Assembly (NCBI GenBank): GCA_041742825.1
Contig: JBGTNX010000034.1
Span: 105 to 64,104, forward strand
Origin: Acidimicrobiia bacterium
Lineage (GTDB): Bacteria > Actinomycetota > Acidimicrobiia > Spongiisociales > ZC4RG35
Length of the DNA stretch: 64,000 nt
Reading direction: 5' to 3'
Shown here in pieces: positions 48,096 to 57,105 of the stretch. The notes below the pieces were generated by a model. The model worked only from the letters and a program-made list of their open reading frames with translations. It was not told the DNA's origin and did no database searches. The translations under genes were made by a program, and so were the position numbers. Each line of letters begins with the position of its first letter. Within the stretch, counting starts at the first letter, position 1.

Positions 48096-48965
48096 TCAGC
48101 CAAGTTCGACGCCATTACCCTTGGCGATAGCGTTGAGCAGTGCCGAGTGCCCTGCCGTCACGTCCTGGGCGGCCACACCGACACTCTTGAACAGAGTTAG
48201 GTCTTCGCCAATCGCCGGGTGGGTGCCGGCCAGCACCTCGCGCAATGAGGCGTTTGGGGTCCGTCCCGCCTGGATCAGATCCCCTGCCTCAGCCGCTGCA
48301 GCGTCGTAGTCGTCGACGACCACATACGCTCGCTCGACCGCGACCCTGTGGACCTCGACCATGTCGGGACGGAAGGCACCGACTGCGTTGATATGGGCCC
48401 CTTCCCGAACCGCCCCCGGATCGAAGAGTGGATGGGTGGCCGGGGTGGCACAAGAGATGATTTCCGATTGCCGAACTGCCTCGTCGGCGCTGTCGACCGC
48501 CTCGCCGCCAACTCTCTCCGCAAGCTCCTCTGCGTGAGAGCGGTCCCGCGACCAGACCAGGATCCGGCCCAGGTCACGCACCGAGCGCACCGCCTCGACC
48601 TGATCGAATGCCATCGCCCCTGCTCCCAACATTGCCAGTGTCGATGCCGACCCCGGCGCCAGGATGTCGGTGGCGAGCCCGGCCACAGCGCCGGTCCGGA
48701 TGGCCGTCAGGGTCGTCCCATCGGCGATCCCCAAAGGATTCCCGTCGGCGTCGAAGACTGCGACCAGGCCCACCGGGTTGCCGGGGACCGTCGAGACCAC
48801 CTTGATCGCGGTGACATCTCCAACCCGTCCCGGCATGAACATCGATCCGCCCAGCGGAGTGCGCAGCGGGGTCTCGGCGTCTTCCGTGAACGCCACCCGC
48901 ATCGCTTCTATTGCGTCAGGCATGGGGAGGCTCTCCCGGGTCGCCGCGGCGTCGAGATAGATCAC
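48096..48965 (-). CDS. Ornithine cyclodeaminase/mu-crystallin family protein
   Basis: 289 aa. It has the Rossmann GAGAMA motif and an overall OCD pattern, with a 4-nt overlap with the upstream gene. Confidence 0.85.
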   Translation of the reverse strand: MIYLDAAATRESLPMPDAIEAMRVAFTEDAETPLRTPLGGSMFMPGRVGDVTAIKVVSTVPGNPVGLVAVFDADGNPLGIADGTTLTAIRTGAVAGLATDILAPGSASTLAMLGAGAMAFDQVEAVRSVRDLGRILVWSRDRSHAEELAERVGGEAVDSADEAVRQSEIISCATPATHPLFDPGAVREGAHINAVGAFRPDMVEVHRVAVERAYVVVDDYDAAAAEAGDLIQAGRTPNASLREVLAGTHPAIGEDLTLFKSVGVAAQDVTAGHSALLNAIAKGNGVELG

Positions 48966-50194
48966 GCCAGGACGCTCTTGGTCTCGACGGTTATCGGCTC
49001 GCGGTCCGCGGCAAAAAACGACATCGGAACGTCGGTGTCGAGCGGCACTGTCTCCCCGCTCACTTCCCGGGCGATCATCGAACCGACTGCAGGGGCAAGT
49101 TTGAATCCATGCCCGGAAAAGCCATTGGCAACCCAGAATCCGTCGACCTCCGTCGGTCCGACCACGGGATGGACATCCTCACGGTTGATTGTGTAGAGAC
49201 CGGCGACGCCGGAGACCTGGCCCCTCGGATCGAGGGCGGGGACGCGGTGATGGAAGGCGGCGAGCTTCATCTGGGTGAAGTCGGCATCGGGAACCCTCTT
49301 GAAGTGGTCGGGATCGTCGACGATCTCCTCCTCGTCCTCGGGGCGCACCGACCCGACGAGAACCTGCTGGCCCCCCGATTCGGGACGGAAATAGCTGCCC
49401 GAAGAAAAGTCCGCACCCACCGGCAACGCCCCCAACTCGGAGGGCCAATCGCGGTAGACGGTTTGGACACGGGTTGGAGTGAGGGTCCACCGGAGGTCGA
49501 CACCGGCCATCTGGTTCAGTTGGTTGCACCACGGCCCGGAAGCGTTGATCACAAGACCGGCGTCGATCCGGGTTCCGTCAGCCAGGGTCACACCGGTGAC
49601 CGTATTCCCGGCCCGGATCACACCACCCACCGCGGAGCGGTAACGGACGTCGACGCCGATGGCCCGGGCCGCGTCGATCAAGTCCTGGTTGGCACCCACG
49701 GGCTCGGCGTAGCCCCCGCGGGACTCGAACAGGAAGGAGCCCTCGACAGAGCACACGTGCTCCTCGTCACCGCTCATGTCGAGCGGAGCCGTGCACGAGG
49801 ACAACGACGGAAACATGTCCTGGACGCTGTCCGGGGCGACCGCCTCGGCCGCCACACCCTCTCCCACCAACTTGGCGACATCAGCGTCGACTTTGGAGGA
49901 ATCCTCTCCCATCATCCACAGGACGCCGATTCTCTGCAGCCCGGAGCGGGGCGACTCGACCTGGAGAAACTCCGACCAGTTTCCGTACGTCTCCTGACCG
50001 TGGAATGCGAGCCGCACCACTTCGGGATTTGAATATCGGCAGCGGCAGATCGACGAGGAGGCACCGGTCGAGCCTTCGGCCGGGCCCATCCCCTTGTCGA
50101 GGACGACGACATCTTTGATCCCGTGTCTTCCCAGCTGATAGCCGATCGAGGAGCCAATTATCCCTGCACCGACCACAACCACATCGGCCTTCAC
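48962..50194 (-). CDS. FAD-dependent oxidoreductase (sarcosine oxidase beta/DAO family)
   Basis: It has the VVVVGAGIIGSS dinucleotide-binding motif. The GTG at 50194 overlaps the upstream stop (GTGA). Confidence 0.85.
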   Translation of the reverse strand: MKADVVVVGAGIIGSSIGYQLGRHGIKDVVVLDKGMGPAEGSTGASSSICRCRYSNPEVVRLAFHGQETYGNWSEFLQVESPRSGLQRIGVLWMMGEDSSKVDADVAKLVGEGVAAEAVAPDSVQDMFPSLSSCTAPLDMSGDEEHVCSVEGSFLFESRGGYAEPVGANQDLIDAARAIGVDVRYRSAVGGVIRAGNTVTGVTLADGTRIDAGLVINASGPWCNQLNQMAGVDLRWTLTPTRVQTVYRDWPSELGALPVGADFSSGSYFRPESGGQQVLVGSVRPEDEEEIVDDPDHFKRVPDADFTQMKLAAFHHRVPALDPRGQVSGVAGLYTINREDVHPVVGPTEVDGFWVANGFSGHGFKLAPAVGSMIAREVSGETVPLDTDVPMSFFAADREPITVETKSVLA

Positions 50195-51231
50195 GCAGGA
50201 GTCACCCGGTAATCCCCGTTGGAATCGTCCCAATCGAGTTCGATGAGGCCGCGACGCGCCGCACCTTTGCAGAACTGGAGGAAACCCCCGTATCCGAACT
50301 TCTTCTCGGAGAAGTCAGGGTTCTGCTTGCGCAGCTGATTCTTGAGGCCGGACAGAAAGACCTGTGCCTTGCCGTTGGAGAGATCCTTGACCACGCGGGC
50401 CAGGAGGTCGAATGCCTGGTCCTCGCCACCTGCCTCCGACGGAAACTGGACCACGGGGTCGCCCCGCCCCGGACCATCCGAGAGCTCGATGACCCCCTTC
50501 GATTCGAGATCGCGCAGCAGCTCTCCGAAAGCCCGATAGCCGTGATCGGCCTCAGAAAAAGTCGAATCCTTGCGGAGCATCGCACGCTTCAGCGATGAGG
50601 CAAGCACCTCGCCGCCGCTGGAACGGCTCAGTCCTGCAAGCGTCGTTGTGATCAGTGACTCGAGTTCGGGCTCAGTCTCCGTCTCGGTCTCCCCGTTCGA
50701 CTCGACTTGAGGCTGGCGCGCTCCCTTGGGCCGGCCCGGCTCGACCCCCTCGAGATTCTCGTAGAAGAGGAACTCATCACATGCCGGCGGCAGTAGGGCG
50801 GAAGTCGATGCTTTGACCCCGACGCCGATCACCTTCTTGTTCAGTTCCCTGAGCTTGTGTACAAGGGGCGTGAAGTCGCTGTCACCGGTGCAGATGACAA
50901 ATGTCCCGACGTAGTCCCGCTCGAATGCGAGTTCGATCGCGTCGACCACGAGCTTGATGTCGGCAGCGTTCTTTCGTGCTGCGCCCATTCGCTGCGGGAT
51001 CTCGATCAGCTCGACGTGGCTCCGGGTCATTGCCTGGCGGGCATCGTCGAACATCGTCCAATCCGCATATGCCTTGCGGGCGACCACCCTCCCCCTCTCA
51101 GCGAGGGCATTGGCGATGGGCTCGAAGTCGAACACCATCCCGTTGAGCGCTTCTCTTGCACCTATCGCCAGGTTCTCGAAGTCGATGAACAGGGCAATTC
51201 TTTCTTCTTCCATGCCATTGAATGTAGCCAT
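50191..51231 (-). CDS. NYN-domain (LabA-like) protein with OST-HTH/LOTUS domains
   Basis: 346 aa. It has IALFIDFENL and ICTGDSDFTPLV NYN motifs, followed by two LOTUS-like helical repeats. Confidence 0.85.
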   Translation of the reverse strand: MATFNGMEEERIALFIDFENLAIGAREALNGMVFDFEPIANALAERGRVVARKAYADWTMFDDARQAMTRSHVELIEIPQRMGAARKNAADIKLVVDAIELAFERDYVGTFVICTGDSDFTPLVHKLRELNKKVIGVGVKASTSALLPPACDEFLFYENLEGVEPGRPKGARQPQVESNGETETETEPELESLITTTLAGLSRSSGGEVLASSLKRAMLRKDSTFSEADHGYRAFGELLRDLESKGVIELSDGPGRGDPVVQFPSEAGGEDQAFDLLARVVKDLSNGKAQVFLSGLKNQLRKQNPDFSEKKFGYGGFLQFCKGAARRGLIELDWDDSNGDYRVTPA

Positions 51232-51341
51232 TGCGAATCATTCAGCAGTTGCGGAACCCGCTCCTGGCGCGTGCAGGGGGCAACGATCCTGGTCAATCCG
51301 TCGGTGCCGATGAGTAGGTTCGATCCTGCGAAGGGGGCAAT

Positions 51342-53489
51342 GTGGATCCGATAAATGAAACTCCGGCCGAAGAAGGCACAGCAAAGGGGATCCCGATCAA
51401 TGAGATCAGGGTCCACGGCGTGTCCGGGACCCCTCCCCGCGAGATGCTGTACACCGACCCGGTTCCTCGACTCGACGGCGACCAGTTCGCCCGGATCTTT
51501 CGGAAGAGGCCCAGCATCGACGCCACACACAGGTCCGGGCGTCCCTACAACACCGAAGCCTTCCATTGGGGAAGCCTGACCACCGGCCATTGGCTCACGT
51601 CTGTATGGATCCTGCTCGCTCCTTTCGCGTTCGCCAACGTGGCGGGCTGGATGGCGTTGCGCCGCTCGACATTCCATCGCTCCACCATCCGCCTCGCCGG
51701 GCTGGCACTGACCTGTCTCGGGGTCGCCCAGATGGGATACCTTCTCGTCGCCGTGCCGCTGCTCTACGCCTCTGTGCAGGGTTGGGGTGAATCCGGTTTC
51801 GCCATTGTTCGGGCCGTTACCGCACCGGGATATGTCCTTGCATTCGGCGCGGTTGTGCTCCGACTCTCGACCCAGTCGCACTTCGACCCGTTGACCTACC
51901 CGCGGCGGTTCGAGCTGCTGTTCTCGACCAGAGTCGCGGCGATGAAGCCCGACGGAGTCGATGACGATGCCCCCATATGGGACGACCCGGCGACATCGCG
52001 GGTTACCGATCCGGCGATGTGGACGGCGCACCCGATCGTCCATCGGTTGCGAAGAGTCCACTATGCGGGCGGCCAGTTCGTCGTCTGCCTCATTCTTGCC
52101 GGAATCGTCGACTCCGACCCGATGCGATGGATCGCCGTCGCAGGGCTCGGGGTGACCGCCCTTCTGCTCGTCCTCTCGACTGCAGCGGCCGCCAACCGCC
52201 TGGTGCTGGTGGCGACGGCATGGATACCTACCGTCGCCCTCGGCGTGGCGCTGTCTGCAGTGGCAATGTTTGTCCTCTCTGATGCAGCTCCCGATATCGA
52301 CGCTGTCCACCGTTCCACGCTGCATGTAGCGATCGCACTCGGTGCAACGGCGGCCCTGGCCGCTTTCGCCGGGATCCCGGGGATTGGATCCCTCACGATC
52401 GCGACATTCCTCGGAGGCGCCTTCGGCGTCGGCGCGGGCCTGGTCGCCGAAGATTTGCTTGCGGTCGGCGACAACCTCGTCACCAACGGCGGTGCATGGG
52501 TCCTCCCCGCCGCATTGGTGTTCGTGCTCCTCGTTGCTTTCCTCGCGATGGGCCTCACCTACGCCGGTCCACCGGAGTTGACCAGAGACGGAACGGTTGG
52601 TGTCCTCCTCACCCGCATCACCCGGAGGTCGAAACTGCTGCTCACCGGGGCGGCGGCCTTCGGCCTCCTCGCCGGGACGCTTGCGGTGGTGCAGGCCTGT
52701 CTTCTTGCTTCCGGTATGTGCCAGCCCGATGCCCTCACCGAATTCGCGGGCGCAGATCTCGCGGTGCTGGTGCTTCTCGTATTGATACTCGTGGTGCCGG
52801 CAATAAGGGTCTACAGGTTCAAACCCACCGTCTCGGGTCTTCTGGCGCTGCTCGCTGGAGTTGTCACGTGGTTGGGAGTCGCCGATCCCCAGTTCGGCTC
52901 GTTTGTCCCCGGTGACTACCTAAATGCCCTTCCCCTCTCCCGGACACTCATCTTCGTTGCACCGATATACGCCATCGGGCGTAGCGTGCTCGGCGCCTAT
53001 CGACAGGGAGCTTCGAGCCGCAAGGTTGGAGTCATCTGGGATGTGGCGTCCTTCTGGCCCCGTTGGTTTCACCCATTGGCACCACCTGCGTACGGTCCGA
53101 AGGTAGTCACGGAGCTGAAACGACACATCGAATCGGGGAGCGTCGAGATTCTCTCGGCTCACTCCCAGGGGTCGGTCATCGCCGCGATCGCAACGCACCA
53201 GGCTTCGTTGGCCGGCAAAGGGGTTCCTTCAGGGTTGATCACCTATGGCAGCCCGATTGGTCTCCTCTACCGTAGGCTCTTCCCCGATACCGGCATCGAC
53301 CGTCTCGTCGACACAGTCCCCCTGACGATGGCCCGGGGATGGACAAACCTGTGGCGCGTCGACGACCCCATCGGCGGTGAGCCGCTCGGAGGCAGCGTGA
53401 ACTCGGTCCTGGACGAAATAGGCTCGGGCCACTCGACATACGAGCTGGGCAGTCCCTTCCGCGAGGCCAGAGAGCGCAGCGTCGATTGA
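51342..53489 (+). CDS. Polytopic membrane protein with lipase-like alpha/beta-hydrolase elements
   Basis: 715 aa, GTG start after AAGGGGG. It has an N-terminal IRVHGVSGT motif, about 11-12 hydrophobic helices, then SAHSQGS (nucleophile elbow), YGSP, DDPIGG and GSGHSTY. Confidence 0.75.
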   Translation: MDPINETPAEEGTAKGIPINEIRVHGVSGTPPREMLYTDPVPRLDGDQFARIFRKRPSIDATHRSGRPYNTEAFHWGSLTTGHWLTSVWILLAPFAFANVAGWMALRRSTFHRSTIRLAGLALTCLGVAQMGYLLVAVPLLYASVQGWGESGFAIVRAVTAPGYVLAFGAVVLRLSTQSHFDPLTYPRRFELLFSTRVAAMKPDGVDDDAPIWDDPATSRVTDPAMWTAHPIVHRLRRVHYAGGQFVVCLILAGIVDSDPMRWIAVAGLGVTALLLVLSTAAAANRLVLVATAWIPTVALGVALSAVAMFVLSDAAPDIDAVHRSTLHVAIALGATAALAAFAGIPGIGSLTIATFLGGAFGVGAGLVAEDLLAVGDNLVTNGGAWVLPAALVFVLLVAFLAMGLTYAGPPELTRDGTVGVLLTRITRRSKLLLTGAAAFGLLAGTLAVVQACLLASGMCQPDALTEFAGADLAVLVLLVLILVVPAIRVYRFKPTVSGLLALLAGVVTWLGVADPQFGSFVPGDYLNALPLSRTLIFVAPIYAIGRSVLGAYRQGASSRKVGVIWDVASFWPRWFHPLAPPAYGPKVVTELKRHIESGSVEILSAHSQGSVIAAIATHQASLAGKGVPSGLITYGSPIGLLYRRLFPDTGIDRLVDTVPLTMARGWTNLWRVDDPIGGEPLGGSVNSVLDEIGSGHSTYELGSPFREARERSVD

Positions 53490-53768
53490 CAGAGGCTCCA
53501 GGGATTCCTTCTCTTTCGCTTTCCGGATCACCGCTATTCTCGGGCGGGGTTACGGGGGTACCTCCTCTCGCTTCTCCCCTACTGATACTCGATATTCGAG
53601 GAGCTGCGGATTCTTGCGGGATCGTCTTCGAGGATGCGTCAGCGAGTTCCAGCGCAACGAGGTAGAACCCACACCTGCCGTCTACTGATTGTCACCGCGC
53701 CAGGTCCGGTGGCCAACAACCTTTAAAACTCCGAACACCGCGGTGAGACCGGCTCTTAGGATGAGCCG

Positions 53769-55808
53769 ATGTCCGATGGACAAGTTGCTCTCCCCCTGAA
53801 GCCGATGCCCGGTGGCGCGGTGCGGGCGATTATTTGGGCGCTGCACATGGCCCTCCCGGTGCTTGCCCTCTGGCTCCTCCTATCCCAGCCGGACCTCGAC
53901 GTTCGTTGGGAGCACCATCCCAGCCACTTCTGGCTAGTGATTGGTGTTGCCGCGGTCAACGTCGCGCTTGCGGTGCAGGTGCTGCGGGCGGCACGGATGC
54001 GCGAGGACGCCCGCCTCCTCATCATCGGCTATGCGTTCATGCTGGCCGCAGGCTTCCTGTTCCTTCACGCACTCGCAACTCCCGGGGTGATCGTTTCGTC
54101 GCCAAACGGCGGATTCGAAATTGCCACACCCGTCGGCCTGGCGCTTGCTTCGGCCCTCTTCGCTTTCGCTTCGTTCGAGTTCTCCGCCGAGACTTCACTT
54201 CGGATCGTTGACCAAGCCCGGGCCACCACATGGGCGATCATCGGGCTGATGGCAGTTTGGGGGGCGGCCTCGATCGCCGAACTGGCGCCACTTGCCAACC
54301 CTCTTCCTGAGCGTGCTGTCGGTCCCCTGCGCTGGGTCGCCGTGTTGGCAATCTCCCTCTACATGGTCGCGGTGTTCCGGTTCTTCCAGTCACATCGAAG
54401 GAAGCCATCGGTGATGCTCCTCGCTCTGATAACGGCGGCAACCCTGCTTGCTGAGGCCATGGGGACGATCATCTGGGCCCGCAACTGGCAACTGTCCTGG
54501 TGGTTATGGCACCTCCTCATGGCGGCCGCTTTTGGCTTCGTCGCCTACTCGGCATACACCCAGTACCAAAAGGAAGGTGGCTCGGCAGGCATCTTCGACG
54601 GGATCGTTTCCCCCGACACGGCTGTGGCGATTCGCCACGAGTACGGGAATGCATTGGAGACACTCACCGACACGCTGCAGAGGTCCGGGCAGTCGGGTAT
54701 TACCGACGGTGAACTCGACCTCATCATCGCCGGATTGGGCAGTCGGTTCTCGTTGAGCGAGGGCCAGAGCGAAATCCTGGCGCGGGCGGCGCGGTCACTA
54801 GCCACCGAACGCGACCAGGCGAGAAGACTCGGGGCCTTGGCTCGAATCGGGACCGAAGCCGGGGTGGAACGGGACGAGGACGAGCTTATCGAGGGTGTCA
54901 TCGAGGTTCTCGCCGAGCAGTTCGCCCCTGACGTCGTCCGGATCGGCCTCCCCTCCCCCGAAGGTCTGGTGTTTTCAGAGAGACTCACCACCTCGCAGTG
55001 GCCGGCCGCTGGAGGAACGTATGCGAAAGTTCTGACGGTGGGCGGAGAACCAGCCGGAACCGTCGAGTTCGCCCGCCCTCATGCCGAGTTCCGCCCTCGG
55101 GACATCGCCATCATGGACACCCTCGTCGCTGAGATCGGGATCGCGATCGACAATGTCCGGCTCTACGGCCAGCTCGACACACTATTCCGCACGTACATGT
55201 CCCCCGATGTCGCCGACACTCTGCGGGCTGACCCCTCCGCCGCCGGGCTGGGCGGGTCGATCGTCGAACTGACTGCAGTCTTCGCCGACCTCCGCGGCTA
55301 CACCGCCTTCTCGGAGCGGACAGACCCCGAGGAGGTGATGAAGTTGCTCAACCATTACTTCGGCCTGGTAGTTCCCGTCGTTCTCCGCAATGGCGGCACG
55401 ATCGTCCAGTTCATCGGAGATGCCCTTCTCGCTGTGTTCGACGCTCCCGAGCCGGGACCGGACCACGCTTTTCGGGCAGCCCGCGCCGCCCTGGAGATGC
55501 AAGAGGTGGTCGAAGGAGCAGCCGGAGACCAGGGCGATCGCCCTCTGTTCAGGATCGGCATCAATACGGGCCCGGCTCTGGTTGGCAATATTGGTAGTGC
55601 AGAGATGCGCAGCTTCAACGTCGTCGGGGATGCAGTAAATGTTGCGTCGCGCCTCGAGACCTTAGCTGAGCCCGGCACCGTGCTCGTCGGTGAGTCCACT
55701 TATCAAGCGATAGCCCACCGAGTTGAAGCCCTGCCGCTCGGCCCGCTCGAGCTGAAAGGCAAAGCCGACACCATCACGGCATATCTCCTGCAACGAATCA
55801 GAAGCTGA
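53769..55808 (+). CDS. Membrane-bound adenylate/guanylate cyclase with GAF domain (class III)
   Basis: 679 aa. It has an N-terminal 7-8 TM region, a GAF-like middle, and a cyclase domain with FADLRGYTAF, FIGDALLAVF, IGINTGPALVGNIG and GDAVNVASRLE. Confidence 0.9.
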   Translation: MSDGQVALPLKPMPGGAVRAIIWALHMALPVLALWLLLSQPDLDVRWEHHPSHFWLVIGVAAVNVALAVQVLRAARMREDARLLIIGYAFMLAAGFLFLHALATPGVIVSSPNGGFEIATPVGLALASALFAFASFEFSAETSLRIVDQARATTWAIIGLMAVWGAASIAELAPLANPLPERAVGPLRWVAVLAISLYMVAVFRFFQSHRRKPSVMLLALITAATLLAEAMGTIIWARNWQLSWWLWHLLMAAAFGFVAYSAYTQYQKEGGSAGIFDGIVSPDTAVAIRHEYGNALETLTDTLQRSGQSGITDGELDLIIAGLGSRFSLSEGQSEILARAARSLATERDQARRLGALARIGTEAGVERDEDELIEGVIEVLAEQFAPDVVRIGLPSPEGLVFSERLTTSQWPAAGGTYAKVLTVGGEPAGTVEFARPHAEFRPRDIAIMDTLVAEIGIAIDNVRLYGQLDTLFRTYMSPDVADTLRADPSAAGLGGSIVELTAVFADLRGYTAFSERTDPEEVMKLLNHYFGLVVPVVLRNGGTIVQFIGDALLAVFDAPEPGPDHAFRAARAALEMQEVVEGAAGDQGDRPLFRIGINTGPALVGNIGSAEMRSFNVVGDAVNVASRLETLAEPGTVLVGESTYQAIAHRVEALPLGPLELKGKADTITAYLLQRIRS

Positions 55809-55819
55809 CGCCCCGGGGT

Positions 55820-56305
55820 CTAGCCGCAGGCAGGGTCGCCGGGGTTGGCTCCGAGTGATCGTCCGATATGGTCGGTGACCCTGCGAAACCCCTCGGCGTC
55901 GTCGGTGTCGATGTTGTCCAGCATGTGTTCCTTGATCACCTCGGAGTGGACCGGGTCGGCCACTACCAGCTTGGCGACACCGGCTTCGGTGAGGGCTGCA
56001 TAGCTGCCCCGCCTATCGGTCGGACAGGAGCGACGTTCCACCCAACCCTGGGTTTCCAAACGGCTGATTGCATGGGAGATCCGGCTCCGCGAGAACACTG
56101 CAGATTCGGCCAGGTCGCTCATACGGAGCCCGTCCTCACCGGCCTCGCGGAGGCGGGCCAGGAGCGTGTAGTCGGGAAGAGAAACGCCGGCGGAACTGTC
56201 GAGGCGCCGGTCCAGTTCTTCGAAGAGGAGCCGTGCCGCCACCAGATAGGAACGCCATGTCGCCTCGTCTGTGCTCGTCAGGGTTGTTGCGTCTCGTGTG
56301 GCCAT
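55820..56305 (-). CDS. MarR family transcriptional regulator
   Basis: 161 aa. It has the winged-HTH pattern LRMSDLAESAVFSRSRISHAISRLETQGWVERR. Confidence 0.9.
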   Translation of the reverse strand: MATRDATTLTSTDEATWRSYLVAARLLFEELDRRLDSSAGVSLPDYTLLARLREAGEDGLRMSDLAESAVFSRSRISHAISRLETQGWVERRSCPTDRRGSYAALTEAGVAKLVVADPVHSEVIKEHMLDNIDTDDAEGFRRVTDHIGRSLGANPGDPACG

Positions 56306-56319
56306 ATATATCTCCGCCC

Positions 56320-56400
56320 ATCTTAGTTGAAGTCATAGTTGATTATCGAATAGTTGACAGTTCAACATTCTAGGGTTACTCTGTTGATTGTTCAACTATT
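56320..56400. promoter_or_regulatory. AT-rich divergent control region with repeated TAGTTGA / TCAACTA half-sites (candidate MarR operators)
   Basis: TAGTTGA occurs at 56324, 56336 and 56351. The inverted copy TCAACTA lies at 56392, and TTCAAC at 56361. Confidence 0.4.
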
Positions 56401-56411
56401 GAAAGGTAAAC

Positions 56412-56975
56412 ATGACAACTGTCACATCAAATGCCACCAAGGCCACTCCCGCAGTAGGAGTCTGGGATATCGACCCGGCGCACAGCCACATCTCGATTAG
56501 CGCCAGGCACCTGATGGTCACCAAGGTCCGGGGCACCTTCGAGGACATCAGCGGAACCATCGAAGTGGCCGACGACACCGCCAACTCGAGCGCACGCGTC
56601 GAGGCGAAGGCCGCCAGCGTCACTACGGGTGTCGCCGACCGTGACGGGCACCTCCGCTCCCCGGACTTTCTCGATGCTGAGACCTACCCGGTGATCACCT
56701 TCGAATCGACATCCGTCACCCCCAGTGGGAACGACTGGAAGCTGGCAGGTTCCCTCACTATCCGCGGTGTTACCAAGCCTGTGGTTTTCGATCTCGCATA
56801 TGAGGGCTCCGCCGAAGACCCATACGGGAACACAAAGGCTGCCTTTGTCGCCTCCGGTGAGATCGACCGCGAGGAATTTGGCCTCACCTGGAATGCCACA
56901 CTCGAGGGCGGCGGTGTCCTGGTATCGAAGAACTTCAAGGTCGAGTTCGAGGTCCAGGCGACGCTCCGCTCCTAG
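56412..56975 (+). CDS. YceI family protein
   Basis: 187 aa. WDIDPAHSHISISARHLMVTKVRGTF and LTIRGVTKPV fit the YceI pattern. Confidence 0.9.
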   Translation: MTTVTSNATKATPAVGVWDIDPAHSHISISARHLMVTKVRGTFEDISGTIEVADDTANSSARVEAKAASVTTGVADRDGHLRSPDFLDAETYPVITFESTSVTPSGNDWKLAGSLTIRGVTKPVVFDLAYEGSAEDPYGNTKAAFVASGEIDREEFGLTWNATLEGGGVLVSKNFKVEFEVQATLRS

Positions 56976-56987
56976 AGGTCGGGAAAT

Positions 56988-57019
56988 GAGGTGCGCGTCG
57001 CTACGGCGGCGCGCACCTC
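56988..57019 (+). terminator. GC-rich hairpin after the YceI gene
   Basis: Perfect 10-bp stem GAGGTGCGCG / CGCGCACCTC with a 12-nt loop. The tail TCTTCGCG is a weak U-tract. Confidence 0.4.
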
Positions 57020-57105
57020 TTCGCGTCGTGGCCACTATCCGGGGGTTTGTCGTGACATTGCCTTGGGTATTGATCGCTGCCGGTTACGTCGATTGAAGGG
57101 GACGA

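Noticed and set aside
47966-48110. Minus-strand frame reading ...GPVPTYAIDDRTAINVIGSTVEVVSEGNWKLINPDALTAGS, which looks like the C-terminus of a peptidase-E/S51-like protein.
   Set aside because: Only about 40 aa lie outside other genes. The frame then runs antisense through DUF2277 and ung without a plausible end, and upstream it overlaps the OCD 3' end. At best it is a gene relic, and it cannot be supported without a database search.
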